Of a stretch of DNA of 60,124 bases, positions 16,107 to 24,701 are shown in pieces (within the stretch, counting starts at the first letter, position 1; each line of letters begins with the position of its first letter). Source of the stretch: Patescibacteria group bacterium (GTDB lineage: Bacteria; Patescibacteriota; Microgenomatia; Curtissbacterales; GWA2-41-24). Both the position numbers and the translations under genes were made by a program. Below the pieces are notes generated by a model. The model saw only the letters and a list, made by a program, of their open reading frames with translations. It did not search any database and was not told the DNA's origin. The stretch spans positions 1 through 60,124 of the forward strand of contig JBBTUN010000010.1 of the NCBI GenBank assembly GCA_038063735.1, in the 5' to 3' direction.

Positions 16107-17231
16107 ATGAAAAAGAGGTTGAAGGTCGGGACAAGATTGAGGCGGGTGAGAAAGTTGGAAACCAGGCACTTTATACTTGGGACTGCTCTTGTTTTCTCTT
16201 TAGGCGTTTTTGTGTTTTCTTTGTTAACAAGACAGGCTTTTGCGGCTGTTGCTGTAGTTTCCCCGTCTAATATGCAGGGTTGGGTATTTGAGGTTAACAG
16301 CCCGGATGGTATAGGAACATTTGTTGCAGGCCCCGCTACTCCGCCAGGCGGAATTGGCAGTGTGCGTTTATTTACGGGAACAAATGGGACTTTAGCAATT
16401 GCTTTTCATAACATTTCTTATGCAAGCCTTAAGTTGAGCGATATCACTAAATTAGATTATTCAACTTACGCACAAACAATCAGTGCTAACTATCCGAGGT
16501 TAATAATGGATGTTACCACCGAGTTTGGGACAGATACTCTTTATTTTGATCCTACAGCGCAAAGTCAAGCAGCTGCTAAAAATGTATGGCAAAACTGGAA
16601 TGCTAAAGATGGCAATTGGACGGCATCATTATTTCCAGGATTTACGGGCGGGACTCTTTCACAGTATGTTACTTATGTAGGTGGATTTTCTTCCCAAAAT
16701 GTCACTGTTATTAACAGGCCAGATACGACTGGAGGTTTGAGAATGGAAATTGGTCCAGGTTCGGCAGGTGATGTATTTGACGGGAACGTGGACAACTTTA
16801 CCATTGGTATTTTGGGTGTTGACATGACTTATGATTTTGAGCCGGATGTGGCACCGACGCCTATACCTACACCTTCGCCAAGCCTCAGTCCAAGCCCTAC
16901 ACCTATACCTACACCTTCTCCGAGCGTCAGTCCAAGCGCAAGTCCTGCACCGAGTCCGACGCCTCCACCGAAAGGTACGCCGCCTTGTTATTTCACAGAT
17001 TCTCAGGGGGCACAACGCGGATATGGGGATGTGAACAATAATAGAATTGTCAATGCAACTGATGCCATTCTAGTCTTAAGAAGCATTTTTGGAATTAATC
17101 CTGTCCTTACCGGTGACAACAAGAAAGCAGCGGATGTAAATGTTAATGGTAGAGTAAATGCTTCGGATGCCACTCTTATCTACCAATTTGTTTTTGGGAT
17201 CACAAATACCTTTAAGGCCTGTTCCAAATAG
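16107..17231 (+). CDS. secreted protein with an N-terminal beta-rich domain, a PT/PS linker and a C-terminal dockerin-like module
   Basis: Signal anchor present. The duplicated Ca-binding segments 'DVNNNRIVNATDAILVLRSIFG' and 'DVNVNGRVNASDATLIYQFVFG' resemble a type I dockerin. Confidence 0.65.
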   Translation: MKKRLKVGTRLRRVRKLETRHFILGTALVFSLGVFVFSLLTRQAFAAVAVVSPSNMQGWVFEVNSPDGIGTFVAGPATPPGGIGSVRLFTGTNGTLAIAFHNISYASLKLSDITKLDYSTYAQTISANYPRLIMDVTTEFGTDTLYFDPTAQSQAAAKNVWQNWNAKDGNWTASLFPGFTGGTLSQYVTYVGGFSSQNVTVINRPDTTGGLRMEIGPGSAGDVFDGNVDNFTIGILGVDMTYDFEPDVAPTPIPTPSPSLSPSPTPIPTPSPSVSPSASPAPSPTPPPKGTPPCYFTDSQGAQRGYGDVNNNRIVNATDAILVLRSIFGINPVLTGDNKKAADVNVNGRVNASDATLIYQFVFGITNTFKACSK

Positions 17232-17290
17232 GCATTTACCTATGTTTTTGGTGTCAAATGTGCTTGTTTGGTCTATTTAGGCTGTTTGAT

Positions 17291-17319
17291 TTGACATTTG
17301 GGGGGTTTTAAGATATATT
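17291..17319 (+). promoter_or_regulatory. sigma70-like promoter (TTGACA, 17 nt spacer, TATATT)
   Basis: TTGACA at 17291-17296 and TATATT at 17314-17319, 15 nt upstream of the ATG at 17334. The TTG start at 17298 used by the ORF track lies immediately after the -35 box, inside this promoter. Confidence 0.55.
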
Positions 17320-17333
17320 TGCACAACTTGAAA

Positions 17334-19106
17334 ATGAGGAAATTCGCAGCACAGGCTGTTTTTTTATTCCTAATTGGTATTTTCGTATTCTCCTTAGCCA
17401 CCGGGCAGGTATTTGCCGCAACTCAGGTTTCTCCATCTAACATGAATGGTTGGGCGTTTGCGGTTCAGAGTCCGGATGGTTCCGGAACCTTTGTAACTGG
17501 TCCGGCGACAGCACCATTGGGAAATGGAAGTGCAAGGTTGTTTACTGGTACGAATGGTAATCAGGCAACTGCTATACACAACACGGGTTTTTCTGGGACT
17601 TTAGTTTCGGATATCACTAAATTAGATTATTCAACTTACGCACAAACAATCAGTGCTAACTATCCGAGGTTAATAATGGATGTTACCACCGAGTTTGGGA
17701 CAGATACTCTTTATTTTGATCCTACAGCGCAAAGTCAAGCAGCTGCTAAAAATGTATGGCAAAACTGGAATGCTAAAGATGGCAATTGGACGGCATCATT
17801 ATTTCCAGGATTTACGGGCGGGACTCTTTCACAGTATGTTACTTATGTAGGTGGATTTTCTTCCCAAAATGTCACTGTTATTAACAGGCCAGATACGACT
17901 GGAGGTTTGAGAATGGAAATTGGTCCAGGTTCGGCAGGTGATGTATTTGACGGGAACGTGGACAACTTTACCATTGGTATTAGTGGTGCTGATACTACCT
18001 ATGACTTTGATCCGGATGTGCTTGGTGTGGCTGCACCTACGGTTACAACAACTGCAGCCAGCGCTATTCTCACAACAACTGCAACACTAAACGGTACTGC
18101 TAACCCAAACGGTGATGCCACAACCGGTTGGTTTAGGTATGCGACAGTTAACCCGGGAACCTGCGATGATACTTTTGGAACAAGAGCGCCCGTAAGTGGG
18201 GGAACCAGTTTGGGTTCAGGATCAACAGCGGTTGTGTATAGCCAGCCAATTACAGGTTTAACGTCCGGTGGTACATATTACTTTTGTGCAATTGCTTCTA
18301 ACGGTGGTGGAACAGGTATTGGATCTGTTATGAGCTTTACTACGACAGTTTTAAATGATATTGATGCGGATGGAGTTTCTGATGTGAGTGATAACTGTCC
18401 CGCTGTAGCCAACGGCCTTGCACAGGCAGGTATACCTGGTGTGGGGAATCAGACTAACTCGGATTCTGTAATGGGTAATGGGCCAAAAATACCCGGTGAT
18501 GATCTCACTCGTCCAAACTCTGACAACCAGGGTGACGCTTGTGACACAGATGATGACAACGACGGGCTGCTGGATGTAAATGATGGCAGTATTCTTTCTG
18601 CATGTGGGGCTTTTGATGGACAAGCTGCTGGCCACGCGGATCCAACTCGTGGGGATATAACATCGTCGGATGGTAACGGACCTTCTTGGGACACGGATAA
18701 CGATGGGGTTGTGGACGGTATTGAGTGTACTGTTGGTACCAATCCAAGAACGGCAGCTGCAGCCGATAGGTTTGCTTGTAACAATTATGTACAGAATACC
18801 CTTGGTATAGCCATAAATGGTGACGCGGACAATGACGGTTTGCTAAACTCATGGGAAGTTTGCCATTGGAATACTTCACCGACAAACGCCAATAGCGATG
18901 GTGATGTGTTGGGGGACTGCAAAGAAGTTATGGATATAAACGGTAATAGCATTGTCGACAGTGGTGACGCTACGCTGGTCAAGCGTGCTTATTTTGGAAT
19001 TGACGTTCCGGACTGGAATATGGATATCAACGGGAATGGGATAGTTAATGTTAGCGATGGGACTCTGATTTTGCAAAAGGTTTTTGGAGTATATCCTTGT
19101 CTTTAG
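17334..19106 (+). CDS. secreted multidomain protein: shared N-domain, Fn3/PKD-like domain, thrombospondin type-3-like Ca repeats, and dockerin
   Basis: Signal peptide MRKFAAQAVFLFLIGIFVFSLATGQVFA. Other motifs are 'LNGTANPNGDATTGWFRY...GLTSGGTYYFCAIASN', Asp-rich 'DTDDDNDGLLDVND', 'DTDNDGVVDG' and 'DADNDGLLNSWE', and the C-terminal 'DINGNSIVDSGDATLVKRAYFG'/'DINGNGIVNVSDGTLILQKVFG'. Confidence 0.65.
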   Translation: MRKFAAQAVFLFLIGIFVFSLATGQVFAATQVSPSNMNGWAFAVQSPDGSGTFVTGPATAPLGNGSARLFTGTNGNQATAIHNTGFSGTLVSDITKLDYSTYAQTISANYPRLIMDVTTEFGTDTLYFDPTAQSQAAAKNVWQNWNAKDGNWTASLFPGFTGGTLSQYVTYVGGFSSQNVTVINRPDTTGGLRMEIGPGSAGDVFDGNVDNFTIGISGADTTYDFDPDVLGVAAPTVTTTAASAILTTTATLNGTANPNGDATTGWFRYATVNPGTCDDTFGTRAPVSGGTSLGSGSTAVVYSQPITGLTSGGTYYFCAIASNGGGTGIGSVMSFTTTVLNDIDADGVSDVSDNCPAVANGLAQAGIPGVGNQTNSDSVMGNGPKIPGDDLTRPNSDNQGDACDTDDDNDGLLDVNDGSILSACGAFDGQAAGHADPTRGDITSSDGNGPSWDTDNDGVVDGIECTVGTNPRTAAAADRFACNNYVQNTLGIAINGDADNDGLLNSWEVCHWNTSPTNANSDGDVLGDCKEVMDINGNSIVDSGDATLVKRAYFGIDVPDWNMDINGNGIVNVSDGTLILQKVFGVYPCL

Positions 19107-19345
19107 GAAGTTATCCTTTTTAAATATTTGGTATAATCTTCTAATAAATTTTTAATTTTTAGTTTTAAATTTTCATACAAATCTAAATTCTTTAATTTTT
19201 AAACGTTAAGACATTTAAAATTCATTTAGAGTTTAGAATTGTGTCGTCGGAGTGTACTGTATCCGCCGACGCTATATCCTACGCTAAAGCTACGGATATC
19301 AAGAAAGCTTTGGTGGACAGGTCGGTAACTGTATCAAATGATTAT

Positions 19346-19418
19346 CGGGGATTAGCTCAGTTGGTAGAGCGCGTCGTTCGGGACGGCGAGGCCCGCGGTT
19401 CGAATCCGCGATCCCCGA
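19346..19418 (+). tRNA. tRNA-Pro (anticodon CGG)
   Basis: The cloverleaf was folded by hand: CGGGGAT/ATCCCCG acceptor, GCTC/GAGC D-stem, anticodon loop TTCGGGA, T-arm CGCGG-TTCGAAT-CCGCG. No CCA is encoded. Confidence 0.85.
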
Positions 19419-19491
19419 CCCTTCGCCCAATTTGACAGCACAACAATTTGACAGCTAAATAGGTAGAGCGGTAAGCTGTAAGTAGCTGCCC

Positions 19492-19659
19492 ATGAAAGAA
19501 GCAAAGAGTGAGAGAGACAGAGAGACAGAGAAAAAAAAGGAATCTACAACTTTTTCCAAGTTTTTAAGTGACCCGCTGATTGCTTCTGCGCTTTTGGTTT
19601 TTGCGTTTATCGCGCTTATGTTTTCTTTGACGGAATTCTTGAAAGCGAGAGGGTTTTAA
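19492..19659 (+). CDS. 55-aa small membrane protein (below the ORF-track cutoff)
   Basis: The ATG at 19492 gives MKEAKSERDRETEKKKESTTFSKFLSDPLIASALLVFAFIALMFSLTEFLKARGF. Its TAA abuts the ATG at 19660 with no intergenic nucleotide (TAAATG). Confidence 0.45.
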   Translation: MKEAKSERDRETEKKKESTTFSKFLSDPLIASALLVFAFIALMFSLTEFLKARGF

Positions 19660-20070
19660 ATGGACGAAAGACTTCTTAGGCCCTCCACACTTGCTCTTCA
19701 GGGTTTGATACTCGTCTTTTCTTTGTGCCTAATTTATTTTACATTTGTATTTTATCCAAGCGTTGTAAAAGAGAAAAAGTTCGCAATAAATTTTAAGACA
19801 CCCTTCAGCTCCAAAGTAGTAGCCGGTGCCGAAACATTCCCAGTCGTTACAAGTGATTACAAGATTACTTACTCGAAAGACTCGGGTATTTATTATATGT
19901 TAGTGCAAGGTGCGTCTATCGATAAGTATGTAGAAAATAAGGCCGCGGCACAGCTCACCCTTAAAAATAGCCTTTCCTCAGAATCCCTTTGCAGTGAAAA
20001 AGTAATTTATTCTTCGGCTTCGTCGCTTGACCTTCCGGAGGAGTATAAATCCACCTCGAACTGTAATTAG
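19660..20070 (+). CDS. membrane-anchored hypothetical protein
   Basis: 136 aa with an N-terminal TM helix and no recognisable domain. Confidence 0.45.
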   Translation: MDERLLRPSTLALQGLILVFSLCLIYFTFVFYPSVVKEKKFAINFKTPFSSKVVAGAETFPVVTSDYKITYSKDSGIYYMLVQGASIDKYVENKAAAQLTLKNSLSSESLCSEKVIYSSASSLDLPEEYKSTSNCN

Positions 20071-20102
20071 GTTTACATGGTTCATAGTTCGTGGTTCATA
20101 GA
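20071..20102 (+). repeat. heptamer array (GTTTACA TGGTTCA TAGTTCG TGGTTCA TAG)
   Basis: It starts at the base after the stop codon of the 19660 gene. Confidence 0.85.
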
Positions 20103-20183
20103 AGGATCTCTTTGAAATTCGGAAAATGCGAGTTCTCCCGAAAGTTTCGTCTTAAAGTTGATATAATCGAGTGGTTGTTGTTA

Positions 20184-20255
20184 GCCCCTGTAGCTCAATG
20201 GATAGAGCATGGACGTCCTAAGTCTGGGATGGGGGTTCGATTCCCTTCAGGGGCA
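20184..20255 (+). tRNA. tRNA-Arg (anticodon CCU)
   Basis: GCCCCTG/CAGGGGC acceptor, GCTC/GAGC D-stem, anticodon loop GTCCTAA, T-loop TTCGATT. The anticodon and T stems contain some G-U pairs. Confidence 0.75.
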
Positions 20256-20256
20256 C

Positions 20257-20295
20257 AAGGTCGGTAAAGTCAGTGAGTCTGGTAGGGTCTGTAAG
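20257..20295 (+). repeat. GTCRGTRA-type short repeat block, copy A (abuts the tRNA-Arg 3' end)
   Basis: aaggtcggtaaagtcagtgagtctggtagggtctgtaag. About 85% identical to copy B at 22591-22628. Confidence 0.75.
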
Positions 20296-20401
20296 TTACG
20301 GAAAATACCGATTATTACAAATATTACCGGTGTTACTGGTTGCGCTGACTTATACTGATGTTACTGAATTTACCGATTTGTACTGATTCTACCGAAAATT
20401 A

Positions 20402-21079
20402 ATGACTTATACGCTGGATAAAAGAATTTTATTAGTAAGAACAATAGGAAATTTTTTGGTTTTGGGCACAATTATTTCCATAGGTTTTACCTTTTGGCCC
20501 ATTATGTCAACCGTTGCCAGGCACAATATAGAAAAGTGGCAGGGGAAGAAGTTTGAGGCTTCTGCGCTTGCCACAGCCAGCAGCCAATCTTTTGGCTCAC
20601 TTCTTGGCAAAAGCGACGAGAACATAAAAATACTTGTTCCAAAGGACCCTAACTTTTCCATTATCGTTGAGAAAATTGGTGCGGATGCGACAATTGTGCC
20701 TAATGTAGATGCTTCCAATAAGGAAATCTATACCGCGGCATTAAGAAGGGGAGTTGCCCATGCGCTGGGTACTTCGTTTCCAGGTCAGCCCGGTGTGACA
20801 TATTTGTTTGCACACTCGACAGATACGATATTTAACGTTCCAAGGTATAACGCAGTTTTTTACCTTCTAAACGATTTGACGCCGGGGGACAGGGTGGTCA
20901 TATTTTTCAATAACAAACGCTACGATTATGCGGTTTCCGAGAAAAAAATCACCGAACCGGAAGATGTGGGGTATTTTACTTTAAAGACAACTGAGCAAAT
21001 ACTTGTTTTGCAGACATGTTATCCACCGGGAACCACCTGGAAAAGGCTTTTGGTGGTGGCAAAGCCGGTGAGTAGTTGA
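20402..21079 (+). CDS. sortase (second copy)
   Basis: 'VTYLFAHS', 'ILVLQTCYPPGT' (TLxTC-type motif) and 'KRLLVV', plus an N-terminal TM helix. Confidence 0.75.
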   Translation: MTYTLDKRILLVRTIGNFLVLGTIISIGFTFWPIMSTVARHNIEKWQGKKFEASALATASSQSFGSLLGKSDENIKILVPKDPNFSIIVEKIGADATIVPNVDASNKEIYTAALRRGVAHALGTSFPGQPGVTYLFAHSTDTIFNVPRYNAVFYLLNDLTPGDRVVIFFNNKRYDYAVSEKKITEPEDVGYFTLKTTEQILVLQTCYPPGTTWKRLLVVAKPVSS

Positions 21080-21159
21080 TGGTTCATGGTTCGTGGTTCG
21101 TAGTTCGTAGTTCATGGTTCATGGTTGGTGGTAGCTATGCTCTACGAACTATGAACTAT
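21073..21159. repeat. inverted heptamer arrays between convergent genes (terminator-like hairpin)
   Basis: 21073-21133 reads tagttgatggttcatggttcgtggttcgtagttcgtagttcatggttcatggttggtggtag. 21141-21159 reads tctacgaactatgaactat, in the complementary sense. The arrays overlap both stop codons. Confidence 0.8.
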
Positions 21160-22394
21160 TTTAGATTTATCGAGTAGAGGTTGGGAAGAGAATTTTCCGC
21201 CTGGGTCAATGTTGTCAAGATGATGAGCCTTGAGCCTGACGGGTGCGCAAAAACAAACCCATTGACGAATTTTCCGGTATAAATTGTCATTTTATTGTTG
21301 CCATCTGTTTCTATAATAGAAATGAGGTCTTTTTGGGCAATGACCAGGTGTTTTGAGTCCGGAAACCAGGAGATGTTAATTAAATCTGTAAGGTCCGGCA
21401 ATGTGTAATCTTTTTTGAGCTTAAGGTCGTAAACCTTATTTTTACCTTCCCCGTTTTTGTAAAGAATCTTTTCTTCGTCCGGCGAAAACATGAGGCCGGA
21501 AGGGGAGTAGTTAATTAGGTTCACAGTAGACGGTTCACGGTTCACGGTTTTTTTAGTGTTTTGGGTGGTTGGGGATTGTTTAACGCTTTTTGGTGTTGGA
21601 GACGGTTTGGTGCTGGCAATTTGCGCCGAAGTGGTGGCATCTTTTACAGAATCAGGGGCAAGAATTGCAGAAGTTTTAGCCCTTTCGTCCAATATTTGTT
21701 GCCAGCTCGTGAGTGTTGCAGCTAGTGAACCGGTTACGTCTTTTGCGCTCTGGTCGGATTTTTCGCTGTCCACTAGCAAATTAGCACTTGCCGTTCCGTT
21801 TTCGTCTTCGAACCGGGCGATTAGTTCTTTTGAATCCGGGTTCCAAATAAATCTGCTTTTAGAATAATCTGTACCAGGGGTGTTTTTGGCAAGCAGCTTA
21901 GTATTTTGCCTAAACGGAAACGGGCTGTTGTCCATTGGCAATAGATATAATCCACCGCGTTCTCCTGGAACCGCGTAGACGATTTTGGCGCCATCCAGAG
22001 ACAAAGTAGGGTTGGTGCTGCCCGTGGTGGTTAGCGGTTTAATCTCCGGCGCTAGGGGGAACAGAAGGGCATTTATTTCTGTTGCCAGGTCTTCTTTGAT
22101 GTCGACGTCTTTTTCCCAAGTCGTGTAGCCGTCTTTTTCTATACGGACTTTGTAAGTCCTTGGTTCAAGATAAGCGATGTTTGTGTTGGTTGCGGAAGTT
22201 AGCCGGCCGTCTAAAAAAACGTTTGCACCCGTGGGTGTTGAAGTTGCGACGATAAGGCCGGTTCTGTCTATAGTGCCTTTTTTAAGGTTTGGCTTGAAGC
22301 CGCGGGCATAAAAAATTGCTCCGAGAGCAACTAAAAGTACGATTCCTGTTATGCCAAGTGTAAAAAAAACGCGATATTTGGAAAGATGGGTCAT
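21156..22394 (-). CDS. membrane-anchored PEGA-domain / TolB-like beta-propeller protein
   Basis: N-terminal TM helix. The PEGA-like segment is 'TPTGANVFLDGRLTSATNTNIAYLEPRTYKVRIEKDGYTTWEKDVDI'. The C-terminal repeats are 'WNPDSKELIA', 'FSPDEEKILY' and 'WFPDSKHLVI'. Confidence 0.6.
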   Translation of the reverse strand: MTHLSKYRVFFTLGITGIVLLVALGAIFYARGFKPNLKKGTIDRTGLIVATSTPTGANVFLDGRLTSATNTNIAYLEPRTYKVRIEKDGYTTWEKDVDIKEDLATEINALLFPLAPEIKPLTTTGSTNPTLSLDGAKIVYAVPGERGGLYLLPMDNSPFPFRQNTKLLAKNTPGTDYSKSRFIWNPDSKELIARFEDENGTASANLLVDSEKSDQSAKDVTGSLAATLTSWQQILDERAKTSAILAPDSVKDATTSAQIASTKPSPTPKSVKQSPTTQNTKKTVNREPSTVNLINYSPSGLMFSPDEEKILYKNGEGKNKVYDLKLKKDYTLPDLTDLINISWFPDSKHLVIAQKDLISIIETDGNNKMTIYTGKFVNGFVFAHPSGSRLIILTTLTQAENSLPNLYSINLK

Positions 22395-22590
22395 TTCGGT
22401 AAAATCGGTAGTGGATAAATCATTCTAATTTGTACGTTCGAGCTTAGTAAGTTAGGTGTTAGATAACGACTAGTTACTGCTGTTTGTAATAGGTATTCTA
22501 TCAAGCGCGCGAGGTAAGAGCAAGGAAGATAGTTTGATATATCAAAAGCACTGTTTGATATTGTTTGATTGGTGAGATCGGTGAGTTGGC

Positions 22591-22628
22591 AAGGTCAGTA
22601 AAGTCGGTGAGTCGGTATGGTCGGTAAG
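22591..22628 (+). repeat. GTCRGTRA-type short repeat block, copy B
   Basis: aaggtcagtaaagtcggtgagtcggtatggtcggtaag. Confidence 0.75.
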
Positions 22629-22650
22629 GCACCAAAAATCCTTTTTTCTG

Positions 22651-22679
22651 TTGACAAAGAGAATTGCGGGGAATATATA
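22651..22679 (+). promoter_or_regulatory. sigma70-like promoter (TTGACA, 17 nt spacer, TATATA)
   Basis: TTGACA at 22651-22656 and TATATA at 22674-22679. The 5' UTR of about 80 nt contains ATTTTAA heptamers (22699-22740). Confidence 0.5.
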
Positions 22680-22757
22680 GATACAAGAAAGATGCAAGAA
22701 TTTTAAATTTTAAATTTTAAATTTATAATTTCGAATAATTAAAACAAACATAATAAA

Positions 22758-24353
22758 ATGAGGGAATATCTTAGGCCGTCCGTTAGTACGTTTGCTGACG
22801 AGTCGTTGGATTTTGGGGGTGGAGTAATTGTGTCTAGCACTAGCGACATTGAGCATTTTAATTCGCTTCCAGATTCAGGCGGCACTTTAGAACTGCGAGA
22901 AAGTAAGCCCAGGGACAAAAAGCATTTTTCAAAACGGGTTCTTGTACTTGCCAATCTTGTGCCAAAACCGCTGCAAAAGTCGGTTGAAGGGGTACTTTTG
23001 CTGGCTGCTGCCGGACTGTCTACGGGTGCCGTTTGCGGAAAGGATGAGGAAAAATTGCCGGGTATTGATGAGGCTTACGTTGTTAACCAGGCCGTGGTCG
23101 CCAGGTCTCTCAATCCAAACGGAATCTTTCAGTATCCTGTTCCCATTGATGGTAGATATCTAATTCAGCGCGGTTATACAGAAATAGATGAACATGACAA
23201 ACAGCATAATGGTGAAGACGTTATTAATGGCCAACTGGATCATTCTAAGACATGGCTAACTTTTCCTGTGCTTTCAATCGGAGATGGTAATGCCTGTTTG
23301 AATCCCAAGAATAGGCAGGGCACAGCGGTTTTTATAACTCACAACGTTAGCGGAAGAATTATTTATTCATATTATGGTCATTTGGATAAATACTTCAAAA
23401 AAATTCCTAATTGCCTAGACGAAAACGGAAAACCCACCGGCCTTGGCATTTTTGTAGATCGTGGGCAAATTATCGGCTATGCCGGGGCAACTGGTATGGC
23501 AAATCCCAATCTATTGCATTTACACTTCTCTGTAAGTGGATCAAGCGGTGCAAATTTTGATGCCTATGATGTTTGGAACACGCGCGAGTTTATTCCCAAC
23601 ATAACGGGAACCAATGGCAAGTATTGCGGACCAAAAACCCTTTGGGTAAATTGCCCAGTTGATCCGAATAAGAAGGCTGACCTTGTGCCTACGGTTGTTC
23701 CTATTGCCACACTTGCGCCGGTAGAGACTGTTGGGGTGCCAAGTACGGTGGTTATTAATAAAAATACTTTTACGCCAGCGCCTGAGCCGACGGTTGCGCC
23801 TGTTTTAAGGCTCGAAGATCTTGATCCTTATAATCCTGCCGAGCGGGCCAGGTGGGCTGAGCTTGCCCAGAAAAAGATATTAGATACCGCTTGGAAATTT
23901 GTAAATGACCTTACGTCGGGTACCGGGGCAGACCTTGAAGATGCTTATAACTTGCAGATTCCGGAAAGTCTGGAGTCTGCGCGCTTAAAGGATAATGGGT
24001 TATATGGGCATAAGGCTAGCATGGAAATTCTTGAGGGGTGCAGTTTGGAGATGGATCCAAGTTTGACAAGAGATGTGGTTGTAAGTTTCCCGGTAGGTAC
24101 GGGTGTTCCAAGGAATCTGGATGAAGTAAGTTATCTAAATTATCAACAGGGCTATCAGAGAGAAAGGGTAAAAGTTTTTATTAGCCTGACACATAATAGG
24201 GCCGATGCTCATGGTACCAGACTAGGTTTTAAAAGATTTGATGTGGGAGACCCTTACACCCAACCATATATTACCTTTGAGGTAGTCGGGAAAGATGTAT
24301 ATATAGCCGAACCTAGATTTTGCACTTATGAGAACTCAACGTTAAGGCGTTAA
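22758..24353 (+). CDS. M23/LytM-family metallopeptidase domain protein
   Basis: 'HNGED' (HxxxD), 'YYGHLDKY', 'GQIIGYAGATGMANPNLLHLHFSV' (HxH). Confidence 0.7.
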   Translation: MREYLRPSVSTFADESLDFGGGVIVSSTSDIEHFNSLPDSGGTLELRESKPRDKKHFSKRVLVLANLVPKPLQKSVEGVLLLAAAGLSTGAVCGKDEEKLPGIDEAYVVNQAVVARSLNPNGIFQYPVPIDGRYLIQRGYTEIDEHDKQHNGEDVINGQLDHSKTWLTFPVLSIGDGNACLNPKNRQGTAVFITHNVSGRIIYSYYGHLDKYFKKIPNCLDENGKPTGLGIFVDRGQIIGYAGATGMANPNLLHLHFSVSGSSGANFDAYDVWNTREFIPNITGTNGKYCGPKTLWVNCPVDPNKKADLVPTVVPIATLAPVETVGVPSTVVINKNTFTPAPEPTVAPVLRLEDLDPYNPAERARWAELAQKKILDTAWKFVNDLTSGTGADLEDAYNLQIPESLESARLKDNGLYGHKASMEILEGCSLEMDPSLTRDVVVSFPVGTGVPRNLDEVSYLNYQQGYQRERVKVFISLTHNRADAHGTRLGFKRFDVGDPYTQPYITFEVVGKDVYIAEPRFCTYENSTLRR

Positions 24354-24428
24354 CTTATAGTATATTAATTTTAAACCCTATAACATATTTTCTTGACATT
24401 GGTTTTTAAAATGGACTAATCTGAAAGT

Positions 24429-24701
24429 ATGCCAGTTTCCCCGGTTGCCGGCGTGCCGCCGCTTAGCACGCTACACGATTTTGACAGGAGAATTAGTAAT
24501 TTTGCGCCTTACTATATTGCTCCGGGTTTAACCAAGAAAAATTTTTACAGGGAGAATGGGCAGATAATACTAGCTTCTATGGTAGCTCTTACTTTGCTTG
24601 TTTTCCTTTTTCTGACTACCAGTGGGGTGCTAGCGTCAGCTCGTCCCATGAGTGGTGAAGCAATTGATTCTGCTATGCAACTTTCCCCGTACGCTTTCTA
24701 G
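24429..24701 (+). CDS. small membrane protein, hypothetical
   Basis: 90 aa with one TM helix (ILASMVALTLLVFLFLTTSGVLA). Confidence 0.35.
   Translation: MPVSPVAGVPPLSTLHDFDRRISNFAPYYIAPGLTKKNFYRENGQIILASMVALTLLVFLFLTTSGVLASARPMSGEAIDSAMQLSPYAF

Noticed and set aside
16440-17981. The 372-bp repeat as a DGR TR/VR pair or as part of a mobile element.
   Set aside because: The two copies are perfectly identical, so there are no A-to-N differences. Both lie in frame inside homologous genes. Gene conversion or assembly collapse explains it better.
19241-19435. A 64-aa ORF.
   Set aside because: It overlaps tRNA-Pro (19346-19418) completely. It is the translation of a tRNA gene and its upstream spacer.
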